Shown here one piece after another: positions 1 through 10,764 of a stretch of 29,850 bases of DNA. The translations under genes were made by a program, and so were the position numbers. The stretch is taken from the NCBI GenBank assembly GCA_051942245.1, contig JAVECL010000027.1, positions 62,001 through 91,850 on the forward strand, given 5' to 3'. How positions within the stretch are numbered: the stretch's first letter is position 1; each line of letters opens with the position of its first letter. Below the pieces are notes generated by a model. It was not told where the DNA came from. It did no database searches and worked only from the letters and a program-made list of their open reading frames with translations. The DNA comes from Trypethelium eluteriae (Eukaryota).

Positions 1-1018
1 ACGGTTCTCATAGTTGATATGACTTCGACCGCTGACAGGCACGATGAAGAGAATAGCCTAAATGCAATTGATTTGCTAAGCATCAACATCTGAACTTCTA
101 GATAGTGACTTTCCATCATGGACACGATCTTTTTCCCAGAAAGATTCTTTGTCTTCTAGTACGTTAGAGACGATGGGGTCGATTCTTTACGACTCGAATA
201 GATCGAATGGGGTGGCTCAGCCTGACGACGTGGTGTATGGGCAACATGATCGACGTGACCTTAGAGATTGGGTTTCTGGTGAAGGTACCGGATTGGAGCG
301 AAAGGTAAGAAATGCGGAGATGGACACGATAGAATTGAAAGTCCGGGGGCAAATCCGGGTTGTCAAGCACAGGGCAAGTGGTAGTTACTGCCTTAGCCAA
401 ATTCGGTAACCCGGCAGAGGATCTGTCCCCAGCCTGTAATTACTAAGCTGATTGGGCATCTGTTTCAGGAGATCCTTGCCTCCTTTTCTCCACTCTAAGA
501 ATCTAGGTGTTTTCCTACTATGTATCTATCTTCACCTTGCTGGCGGATAATCGATTATCCAGAAAATATCTAACGTGTTCTCAATAAGACAGCTGGCTGC
601 GGACTTCAATATCCAGGGCCGCTGCTTCGACGCAGAACTCGGCTTGACCCAGAGCTTGGAAAGTTCGCATAGCCAATTTTCGGAACTGTAGTCCGAGGAT
701 CGAATATTCAGACGTTTTCTGACTCGATCCTGTCAGAAGGTACTGTAACTACTGTCGAAAGTCAATGTGTCGGCGTATACGGAGTACAATCTACTGAAAG
801 CTGGCCGGAACAAGAATGACAGACTCAGTACCTTGTCTCTGGCTCGTTGGGCAATATGTCAAGTTAACGATACAGGCTTCGTTGAATCCGTTGCAATCCG
901 ATGCGCCATGCTCCTCCAATCATGAACGTGAACATCACTCAAAGGGCGAAGATCGCGAGCGTACGTCGCTTGGCATCTGCAATCGAAGGTATATACTACT
1001 GCCAAGCGAAGAAGAGGC

Positions 1019-1058
1019 AGGAGCTGAGGAGCTAAGGAGCTGAGGAGCTGAGGAGTTG
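1019..1058 (+). repeat. Tandem repeat, 8-bp unit AGGAGCTG x5 (two units with one mismatch)
   Basis: aggagctg aggagcta aggagctg aggagctg aggagttg, read directly from the sequence. Confidence 0.9.
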
Positions 1059-1928
1059 CGGCCCGAGCGCGTCCTGCACTAAACTACCGAGGTACCTAAG
1101 GTAACCATATTTCTATGAGTGCCTTCACAGTCGTGGCAGTTCGCGACTTGATTTTTCGCGTTAAACGTCACTACTCGTGATGTATCTAGGTAATTGAGAG
1201 GCATCGAGACGTTCGGCCCTCTCCATTGTTGCTACAATATCCCTGGGATGGATAGAGTCCTTAAGTATCACCTGCTTCTGCAATCATTTATCCGGGCGAC
1301 AAAAAATGCACGTTACTTATTTATCCATCACATCTTCCAATAAAACCCTTGGTATTCTCTGTTCATGCAGCGCCGAGATCCTTACATGATCCATACCTAT
1401 GTTTCAGAGGCCCTGTTCTCATCCAAAATTGTATACGGAATACCGTTGCTATCTCCAACCCCGCACCTAGGATGCATATCCGATCCCCGTCTGCATACCA
1501 TTTCTACGGCAGTTCTGAATCATTCTCCAGGCAACTTATCTCATTCGCTGATACATCTCTTACAAAGACTAGTCCTAGAAATTTCTTTCCTATCATTGGT
1601 GCGCAGATAGCTTCGGAATGGCTTGAGATCATGTATAAGAGAATATCGTATGCATTGAGTGCGGCTGAGTATGCAACTATGTTTGAAATGTCCCTCTAGG
1701 ACTGCACGACTTTCGGAAAGAAGCAATTTGACGCTGCGGAATGGACTGTGATTGGTGATACCGAGTAACGGTCTTTCCTCTCCGCACATGAACTTTTAAG
1801 GAGGACTCCTCGTTCAAACCTGAAACTATTGTCCTTTACTGGCGTTCATTAATATCTTTCTATCGACTATGGACGTCTCCTAGTCACCCCTCTTTGTTCA
1901 AAATTGAAATAACCGAACTCGTTGCGAT

Positions 1929-4900
1929 ATGTTACCTTACTGGTTCGTCTCTCTCTCAATTACTTGGTTCGTGCACATCAAAGGTATCGAAGGCAAGTTC
2001 CCGCTACGCTTCTAGTACAGCAAAGTGCTAGGAGCATCATGTTTTCTGCCTCTAAGAAGTTCTAGCTGGCGCGGCTGCCCTGGAAAACCTTTCCACTCCA
2101 CTCAGACACTCCTTTTCAGCCGTGAAGACGAGCTCCATCCAAAGAAACTATCATTACAATGACTCAGCAGTGGCATCCGAGTTCTCTCATGTCATATCTC
2201 CTACCGCCATTGGCGACTTAATAGCCCATGGTTTTGGCATTTCAGACTCTCGCTCTGTACCCGCTGGCCAAGCTTCTCGCTTCGTGGCAGCGACTTCTTA
2301 CACTTCGACCAGGGTGGTAGATCATCCATCACCGGTCAGTGCTGCCAATTCTTCCACTTTGGTAGTTTCGTCTGCATTTGGTACACTGATGGCAAGCGTA
2401 AAAAGTCATCCATCATCTTCAATCGCTTCAATACCATCAAATACCCTCACGACAGTCACGCAGGCAAAGATTAGTAACTCGACATCGAGATACCAAACAA
2501 TATCAGCTTTAGATGACAGCGGAGTGACACCAGACCGATCCATCAACACCACCAGTTTGTCTAGAAATACTAGCTCTGGTCTTGATGCATGCTGGGCCCA
2601 ATGGAGTTCATATTGGGTTGCAAATCCGAATGCACGGGAAACATCATATACTACCGTGAGCATGTGGACAACAACTTCGACGGAGCCGGCTGTCAGTGCA
2701 TTAACATACACTGAAACAATTGTCGGTACTACCTTCACTGCATCAGCTTTTGGGGGTGCTGGCGGGTTTGTTTGGCCTACTTTGGAAACCATTACGGTCG
2801 ATGCCGAGACAACCACCATCACGTACCCAGCAGAACCGGCCATAACTGTCATTAGTCTTGATTTTTCGATTATTATTTCAAACCCCCCAGTCCTGGCTGA
2901 ATCGCAGAACCACAGCATTACAACACCGGCCTGTGCTCTGCCTTCCCTCGTACCTCAGTGTCAGTCGCAATGGGCCTCTTACGAGTCGCTTCAACTTCTT
3001 GCTACTGCAGTCCCAGAACCTAGCTGCCCCTTTGACGATTATTTCTCAGCATCATGCTCACTGGCTAGAGCATCGGCATCATCAGCGTCTGCATCGTTTT
3101 CCAGCGCTGTCCAAATGCATAGCCCCTTATGCTCTCAAGCGACCATTGGCTCTGCTCTTTGTACTCAGCTTCGGGATTATTACATAAAGACATGGGTCGA
3201 AGAATGGATTGAAGCTGATGGCGCGGGTCCTTATGCCGCCATCCCATTAAGTAGTGCAGGGTATCAGTTATCGTGGTCCCCCTATCCGGATGGTGGCTGG
3301 TATGCAAGCACCTATTTTCCCACAACTTCGACCTTGGCGCCTGGTTGCACTCTAGGCTGCGCAAGGTGTGCCATAACCGGAGGCTTGGTACGGCTCTTGT
3401 ATTGGCCTACGACAGCAACATCGGCTCAGGATGATAGCAATAGTTTGGAACTTGAGGTCGTGAGTGACCCTTTAACCGCAGTGGCTCTCGGTACAACATT
3501 TACATCACCCACGAACTATATTTCATACGCCAGCGTGTATGCGCAGGACTCCTGTTCGGCCATTGGGTCAATTCACGGTCCGACTATTTTGGCCATTCCA
3601 ACCACTGTGCAGTTGTCAAGTCTGTTTGTGACATGGCCAGACCTCATGCCGCACACTGCCCCATTCAATTTCACCGACTTAAACCCACCAATCCCCGAGA
3701 GTATCTATAGCCGACAGTTGCGATGTACAGCATTCTACCCAGACAGATGGATAGACTATGAGCCTCTGGAGTCGCTGGTAACTCGAACTTGTCCCCAGAC
3801 CTTGGGTCCTTACGAGCCGATTAGTGAGTGGTCCCAAGTTTGATAGACTTGAATTTCTGCACTTACCCAAGTTTGATTTGACATTACTAACGGATAGCTC
3901 AGTTGTTGTGCCTTCACAAATCCTCCAATCAATCGATCCAGCCTGGTCAACATGCTCCGGTGATATTAGGTACGTACGTAATCTGTATATTATCCAAACA
4001 TATCTGTTTGGAATCTTAAATCTTATTATAGGGGCTTATATGATCCTCCATATGCCTTACATGGAGCTGCCGCAGCTGCAACCCCAACGTCCTCTAATTT
4101 CGTCCCTTCAACAGCGCCTATAAAACCTGCCCCTGCCCCTTGGATAGAAACCTTGCCAACACATACTCCAAGCTCAGTGAGACCTTCCGCATCACCAGAT
4201 TATAAGAATCCCACAATCATACAGCCTTTACCTGGAAATGCTCAACCTCCAACAGCCAATTCATTGTTAGATGGCGATCCATCATTAGGAGCTGATCCTC
4301 TAAATCGAGTTAGTATCTTGACTGGAATAATTTCTGGAAGTAATGTCCCAAACGGTGCTGGATCACCTGGAGACTCTTCTGATGAAGGCCCTGGCGACAA
4401 GGTCTCTAGCAATGATCGTGGGAGCAGTTCTTCCGAGGGAGATCCCGGTAGTGGTGATCCTGACAATGGAAGTGTAGCGAAAGATTCCTCTGACGGCGAC
4501 TCTGGAGATAGCAGATTCCCTATCGAGAACTCTAAGTCTCACAATGGCAGGCCAGCTTCCGGTGCTTCATCTCCTTCACCTCCTTCACCAACTTCTTCTC
4601 TGAACAGCCCGAATGGGGTAGTCATCCCGGAGACAGGCGAAGGTGGAGGCAGAGACTCCACTGGACAGGGTGACGACACTGCTGACAGTATTTCTGGAGG
4701 CGAGATTATTGCTATACTTCGCACAGGCAGCGATAATGAAGGTGCACATGGTCAACCAGATGAATCCGTTGGTCCTGCTAGAAATGGCGAGAGCATTGCG
4801 CACGGGACTGCCTTTGACCCTACTAGTGATAAGTCCGACAGTGGGAATTTTGCTCAAGGAGAACCCATCCTAGCTGTCGTCGGGGGTCAGACAATATCTG

Positions 4901-5706
4901 GAGATCCAGAAGACCCAGGTGCAGCCATTATCGCTTCTAGTACACTCTTCGCAGGAGGCCCCGCCGTGACACTCTCTGGCCGGATTATTTCGATGGCTTC
5001 CTCCGGTCTCGTCGTAGGTGGCACAGCCCATCAATTCTCAAGGATACCTGATGCGACTCGAGCTCCAACAGACTTTGAAGCCTCCTTCACCATTTTAGGA
5101 AAAGCGTATGCTGTTTACGAAGACCGCAAGCATCCTGAAACAGCGGTCGTTGTCGCTGCGAACGGCGTTGAAACTACCAGGCTGCGTCCAGGCGATCCAG
5201 TAGCAACAATCGGTGGCCAAAGAATTTCTCTGGACTCCGCCGGTGTCATGGTTGGCTCTAGCGAAGTACCATTTCACATTGCTTCGGTGCATGATATGGC
5301 GAAAGAGCGAGGCATCTTTGCAGATGCGAAGGGTCATGTTCATACTATCGTCATGGAATTGGCTGCAGACGTCGCAGTCGTGGATGGCAGTAAAAATTTG
5401 ACCAGATACGGCCCTCGCCTGACTGTCGACGGAGACTTTGTTACATGGGGTAGTGATGGAGTCTTTGTAGACAACACGCCGGTCATATTCAAGTCAATCA
5501 CTGCAACGGGATGGCCAGATTCCGTTCCGAAAACAACAGACATAGTCGGCCGGCCGAGTACGCTTGGTGTGATGAGCAGTCTCTCGCCAAGTGAGACAAG
5601 AGCTCAAGCCGGGCATCCATCCAGCTCCAAGAAGGTTCTGGAATTTGATTCAACACCGCTCTTTGTTGTCTGGTGTCTAGTTCTTGTGTTCATATATCTT
5701 TGCTAG
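1929..5706 (+). CDS. Secreted Ser/Thr-rich protein with Cys-rich central domain and hydrophobic C-terminus, probable GPI-anchored cell-surface protein, ~1187 aa. Exons 1929-1992, 2066-3823, 3903-3969, 4032-5706
   Basis: Exon 1 encodes a signal-peptide-like MLPYWFVSLSITWFVHIKG. Introns: 1993-2065 (GCAAGT..TAG; alternative in-phase donor GTATCG at 1984), 3824-3902 (GTGAGT..TACTAAC..CAG) and 3970-4031 (GTACGT..TAG). These join ORFs 2122-3843 and 4153-5706 into one 3564-nt frame reading YEPIIVVPSQILQSIDPAWSTCSGDIRGLYDPPYAL across the junctions. Also CTLGCARCAITGGLVRLLYWP motif, Gly-rich beta-like repeats and tail PLFVVWCLVLVFIYLC. Confidence 0.85.
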
Positions 5707-5923
5707 GAAATGATGTTTGTTAATCCTCTTCGAATTCAATCAGGTAGCTTATAGGGAGTCTAAACACATAGAAAAGTTCGTAACCAGTATAATCTTGTCG
5801 TTGAATCGCAACTGTCGTGAGCTTTTTAGCTCTGTAGTCTTCGCCAGGTAAACGGAGTTCCGATGGCGAAGCCGGGATGGGGCATACGATAACGGCTGAT
5901 GCCAAGGGAAACGAAATCGGTAT

Positions 5924-6847
5924 TTAGATATCTTGCAGAAAAGTACCCTCCGCTTTCGGCAGCTGTCCCACCCACATTCTCCATGCTCCATATTCAGGAC
6001 GAACGCTTGAAGAGTGCTCCTCAAAGTCACCTTCGTGTGTATCAATCTCTATGGCAATCCGGCTTGTTCCAACGCGCCTAGTATCATCCAAATATTGGAT
6101 GATATCCACTTCTCTTACGTGCGGAAACAAACTGGTTAACTTGTCTCGGAGTAAAGAAATCAGGCGCTGATATGCATCATCTATATCAGGGAAAAGGATA
6201 GTGGGTCGCGGTGTAACGATATAAATATGTACAGGTTGGGTGTGCTCTGAAAATACTCGTCCTCTTCCTCTAAGTTGTTCTATGCCATAGCTTGTTCCTC
6301 GACAGGCTTGGTTTCCGAAACGGATTATCCTATATGTACGTGCCAGAAAATCCTCGTCGCTTGGTACCTGTGGATAATTATCTTGATGTAGTATGTAATT
6401 GGTACTTAAGGGAATGTCATAAATAAGTGAGATGAAGACACCTTTCCTAGTCATAATCAGGACAGCTGTGTTCCCAGTTAAGGTTTGAAGGCCGAGAAGA
6501 CCCCGGTGTGGATAATCCGGGAAAAGCCATTCTCCGTTCCTCGTTTGATTATCAGGATTAGTAAGCTCAACCCATGCTTGGTTCCTATCTATAGCCCTCC
6601 ATAATTTTGCAGCGTAGCTCGATGGTCGAGGAATATCATGTAGAAGAGTCCGCTTCTGCGCCAGAGTATGGACTGTCCTATTGGCCTTGATAGTCGCGAC
6701 TGGGATACTACTACAAACGGTGCTTAGCGTGCTGTTGAGGGTCTGATTGCCTGAAATCTTTGCTAAATCGATCGCTAGAACCGCAACTATGCCGTTGGCT
6801 AGGAGGATGATCAAGAGATTGAATTTAATGTAACTTGGAGTACGCAT
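5924..6847 (-). CDS. Intronless secreted protein, ~307 aa, candidate effector with degenerate CNF1/YfiH-like deamidase motif
   Basis: Long ORF. ATG at 6847 gives signal peptide MRTPSYIKFNLLIILLANGIVAVLA, followed by a pro-region ending in a Kex2-like LAQKR. Contains LTGNTAVLIMTRKGVFISLIYD. The longer track start at 6937 is a non-ATG extension. Confidence 0.8.
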   Translation of the reverse strand: MRTPSYIKFNLLIILLANGIVAVLAIDLAKISGNQTLNSTLSTVCSSIPVATIKANRTVHTLAQKRTLLHDIPRPSSYAAKLWRAIDRNQAWVELTNPDNQTRNGEWLFPDYPHRGLLGLQTLTGNTAVLIMTRKGVFISLIYDIPLSTNYILHQDNYPQVPSDEDFLARTYRIIRFGNQACRGTSYGIEQLRGRGRVFSEHTQPVHIYIVTPRPTILFPDIDDAYQRLISLLRDKLTSLFPHVREVDIIQYLDDTRRVGTSRIAIEIDTHEGDFEEHSSSVRPEYGAWRMWVGQLPKAEGTFLQDI

Positions 6848-8043
6848 CGCATGAGCTAGGAGAGAAGAAGTAGGAGAGTATACGATACAAGGGAAAAAAA
6901 GGGGAAGGGGGAAACCGTCGGTGGTTATAGACATCAATCCAATGACGACATCAACAGCAGACTGCAGTAAAAATAAAGATATGACGTCCTTTAGCGCTGT
7001 CGAAAAGCTAACTAATTGTTGTTAACTTGTCTTCTCGGTCGAGCCGAAGCAAAGAGGTGACCCAGTCGGTGGTTCATCGTTCTTTAATCGCTTAGAGAGA
7101 CGGAGAGATTCGGAGATTCCTGTTCAACGCAATGTCAAATAAATCGTGGCATCATCTACTGTCCAGTCTGTTCACACAGAATATTAATGTAATGAATAGC
7201 AATTATAGAAAAACCAGTTGGACATTCATTGAACCGAACTTCATTCATCTTCTAAAGTCCTCGCAACTCTGAATAAGCTGTCTGTATGAAAATTCCTCGA
7301 TAATATCGTATTCTCCATAGATCAACCCAGTTCAACCTATTAGCTACCCTACGATTGTCCACCTCCATAACATCCTCCATGAGGTTCTCACCTCATTCGA
7401 ACTCGGGTTTTCCCTATTAAAATCACTTTCGCCAAACGTTGAACCAAGGACTTTATGACCTTTCAAGGGCTTCACACTGGTGGTTGCAGCCAACTTTCTC
7501 CGAGATTTGACAAGAGATAGTCAAATTTGCCCCTTTACAGCCTTACCTGGGCACCTAATCTATAATTTGTTTCCGCGGTGATACTAGTCTTTCACGTGAC
7601 ATGCTTATGTCAAGAGGTCAATACCTTACCCGAGAGGGCGGATGATTTCGACCTGTCAGTAGTACACTACCTTCTTGTCTCTAAACACCACCCAAATTTA
7701 AGCTTTAATATCTTGACACCTTTCATAAAAAATTATGTATATAACAGGCTAACTATAAAGATTGATATCCCCTCTCTTCTTAATATGTATAACCTCTAAA
7801 TCCTTAATCAAAACTTAATCCAGGCGTTTAATTTTCCTGTACCTTATTTAGTACAGCAGGATATTCACTCTGCCTCTCCACAGCATTGTATTAAAGCAAA
7901 ACGTAAGAAACGTTACTGTATTAGCTACAGCATAGCTCATAAAAAGCGTAATAAACATACACAATCAACAGCCCTTATACAAAGGAAGCTATTATAAGAA
8001 TTACAGCCGAATTTGATCAGATGAGGTCTCATCCAAAAGAGAC

Positions 8044-8088
8044 CTCCGCAGAGCTCCATGGGGGTGGTTCTCCGCGGAGCTCCATGGG
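8044..8088 (+). repeat. 19-bp direct repeat, two copies with 26-bp period, just upstream of the DUF3435 pseudogene
   Basis: ctccgcagagctccatggg (8044-8062) and ctccgcggagctccatggg (8070-8088). Confidence 0.85.
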
Positions 8089-8123
8089 CTTCGTCTACCA
8101 TTCCACTCTCGAGCATCTTCATC

Positions 8124-8975
8124 ATGCGGGTCGCGGAGCAGCCGTCATCCAGGCACAATATTTCACGACCCGACAGCCAGCAGCCCATTGAGTCTCGAGT
8201 GGAGGACTACAGCCGCATGGAGGGACGAAACTAAGTTGACCCAGAGAATCTATGCACCCACAAGCGAATCGCTGCAGGACTGGATCAAACGACTTTGGTA
8301 TCAGTAAGCCTGCAACACGCTCAAGGCAGGAAGATGTTGATCCATCATGCTAATGGGGTACGGTGTAGGTATTGCCAATTCCGAGGAACGGGTCCTGCAC
8401 AACTTCCTCTACTGGATACTGAGTGAGAGGCGGGCCACTGTTCGAGGCGCAGGCTCACTGCAGACGTATTGGAATACACTTTAGCCTGGTACGAAAGAGA
8501 GAAACAGGGTCTCATCAAATCGATCATCTAGTCAAGAGCTAGCGAGATGCATGGCACAAGTCGACGTGCTTCAACGCGCTGGGAGAAACATTGTGTGCTG
8601 ATAGAGAGAGGTAAGAGTTTGGTCTAGAAATAGAGAAGAAAAAAATGCCAATCATGCGTGAGTCCAGCTCATCCTGCACAATTAGGCAATACTGACAGCA
8701 ACTGCTAGGAATACATTTGGCATCCCTGACGTCCCCAGCGAACCGTGCCTCCTCCTCTGTCCGCAACTATGCTTTTCAGCTCAGTCTTTGTTGATAAAGC
8801 CTTCGCAGCATCCGACCTAATTAGGTTGAAGCAGCTCTTTAAGATGCGAGTCCCTTCTTTGCTGAATGAATAAGTAGTGCCGATAAAAGCCTCTATGGCA
8901 GTATTCCCATATTTCGGAAGTTAGAGCATAGTGTCCATGAGCTCTAAGTCTCGCCAACAATGCCAGCAACCGACA
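8124..8975 (+). pseudogene. DUF3435 tyrosine recombinase (Starship captain-like) pseudogene, internally deleted and truncated
   Basis: Colinear fragments in shifting frames: IYAPTSESLQDWIKRLWYQ, [intron 8304-8368 GTAAGC..GCTAAT..TAG], YCQF; VLHNFLYWILSERRATVRGAGSLQTYWNTL (8392-8481); LVRKRETG; EFGLEIEKKKMPIMR (8615-8659); [intron 8658-8708]; NTFGIPDVPSEPCLLLCPQ (from 8710); VFVDKAFAASDLIRLKQLFKMRVPSLLNE*VVPIKASMA; IPIFRKLE (from 8903). These match my recollection of DUF3435 blocks (SL.TYW, NTF.IP....P.L.L.P, F.D.AF, IPIFRK). Confidence 0.75.
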
Positions 8976-9579
8976 TCCAGCGAGGCAATGGCGAAGCTCT
9001 TGACAGCAGCAGTAAGGGAAAGATATGAGGCTGACCGTACATGGTTTGATCAATGATTCACAGTGAAATTTGATCTTGCAACATGCAAGTTTTACCGTCT
9101 TCTAACACAATTATCTTTTTAAATATGTCACGTAGGATATATAAACAATTTATCACGGCCTTCCTCCATAAACTATAATGATAAGAATTATGAATGGGAT
9201 GACATGATTAATTATTAAGGCACCTCAACATTAAGTAATTGGGTTAAAAATAAAAGCTAGCTGGGTAAGGATATCCACTTATGGCTATGTAGAGTCTACT
9301 ATACCGTACGGCGCGTACTCAGTAATTACGTTCATTGCGACGATGCTTTCAAGTCCGCGCCACGAGCAGTGCATACTGATACCATGTCGCGCCTGTCTTC
9401 CTCCAACAGTGGCATCACGAATGCTCAACATCACTTCTTTTCGCTCCCAAGTTTTCTAAAACCCTCATTCTTGATGGATGTCTCCGCTGTGTGCCCGACG
9501 TCGATGGATGCGATGACCAGCTCAGACGGTGTCTGCTGCACAAGCATCCTTGCCAGCCTTGGTCACACAACGCATCGCA

Positions 9580-9901
9580 ATGCGCCTGTTGGAATACACT
9601 ACCAACGGCAAGTTGGAGTTTCGCGACGAAGACGTTCCTGGCTATGCCATACTGTCCCACACCTCGGCAATTGATAACGAAGAGGAGGTCCGCTATCAGG
9701 ATGCAGCAGCCTGTATTACGAAGCGCATGAGCAGGGGCAGGAGGAGCACGAACAGAACTGGCTATAAGAAAACACGATACATCTAGGTGGATACTTGCTG
9801 CATCGACAAGCGAGTTAACAACTAGCTCAGTAAGGCTATTGACAGTATGTTTCGGTGGTACCAGCGAGCAACCAAAATGCTATGTTTATCTTGTAGACGT
9901 A
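9580..9901 (+). pseudogene. HET-domain (PF06985-type) heterokaryon incompatibility gene fragment
   Basis: MRLLEY...PGYAILSHT...EEV...GYKKTRYI*VDTCCIDKRVNN*LSKAIDSMFRWYQRATK[+1]CYVYLVDV. Stops at 9784-9786 (W position) and 9823-9825 (E position), frameshift in the A-run 9874-9877, and no WF.RGWTLQE motif downstream. Confidence 0.92.
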
Positions 9902-10764
9902 CACGTTAGCCACTATATTTTTGCTGTTGAAGCGCGTAGCACCATTATAGCTCCTATAATAAGCTCTCATTACTCTCAATATATAAAGAACTGTGCTTTC
10001 CGACCCTCTAAACTAGTTCCTCCTACTAGGTGACCATTATTGGCGAGATTGATTTATGTAATGCTGCCAAACGCGGTTACGGCGTATATTCAAAATTTCC
10101 GCCCACTTGCCTGGTTGCGTACCGTTAACGAGGATTCCACATGCTTGACTACGAGCGCCAGCTTGGTACCTAGGTGGGTACCTTAGGTAGTCTTCGAGCT
10201 GCGGAAGCGTGCCACGTGCTACGACACTTGCACCTCGTTCACAACTACCTGAGGCACTCCATCAACGGCGCACTTGCGACAACTGGCACAACGGCGGGCA
10301 AAGTAGCGGTGCCGTCCGCTACTTAACGCTCACTTACGACTCACTGTGTGCGATGGACCGCCTTAAGACACCTCTATACGCCATTCTCGACCGGCCTTAC
10401 GTTCTCTCACGGCCCGTACCCCTCTCGTCGATGAGTTTGCTCAGAATCCACACTGGCCGTGACACCGACCGTAGCTCAAACAGCTGCAGCGACGGCGATG
10501 ACAATAAGAAGCCTAGCGATATCGAGCGCGGCGGCGTGTGCAATAATGGCGGGGGTCAACGCAAGACATGACCTTGGCGGTATCGCCTAATGCAAGACAA
10601 GGCCATCGCACAGCTCCAAGCTCTGACATAGAGTACAAAGAAAATGGCGGCGGCGTGCGGGATACTGCCACAGACAAAGCTGCCAGCCGACAAAGGCAAA
10701 CGCATCTTATCTCCCCTTCTATTCCAAAGCCACCTCACTCTTCAAAATCTGTAAAATATCCGAC

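Noticed and set aside
1..1800. Short ORFs on both strands (149-409, 164-400, 816-1043, 1349-1699 and others)
   Set aside because: No recognisable motifs or consistent splice model found by eye; a decayed gene cannot be excluded
2406..5543. Antisense and alternative-frame ORFs inside the large gene
   Set aside because: Shadow ORFs of a Ser/Thr/Gly-rich coding sequence
5720..6081. Small ORFs around the convergent gene ends
   Set aside because: They overlap the 3' ends of better-supported genes and show no motifs
10165..10190. GGTACCTAGGT/GGTACCTTAGGTA quasi-palindromes, with a similar motif at 1091-1106
   Set aside because: Short TACCTA/TAGGTA-type motifs are common in fungal intergenic DNA; no evidence that they are element termini
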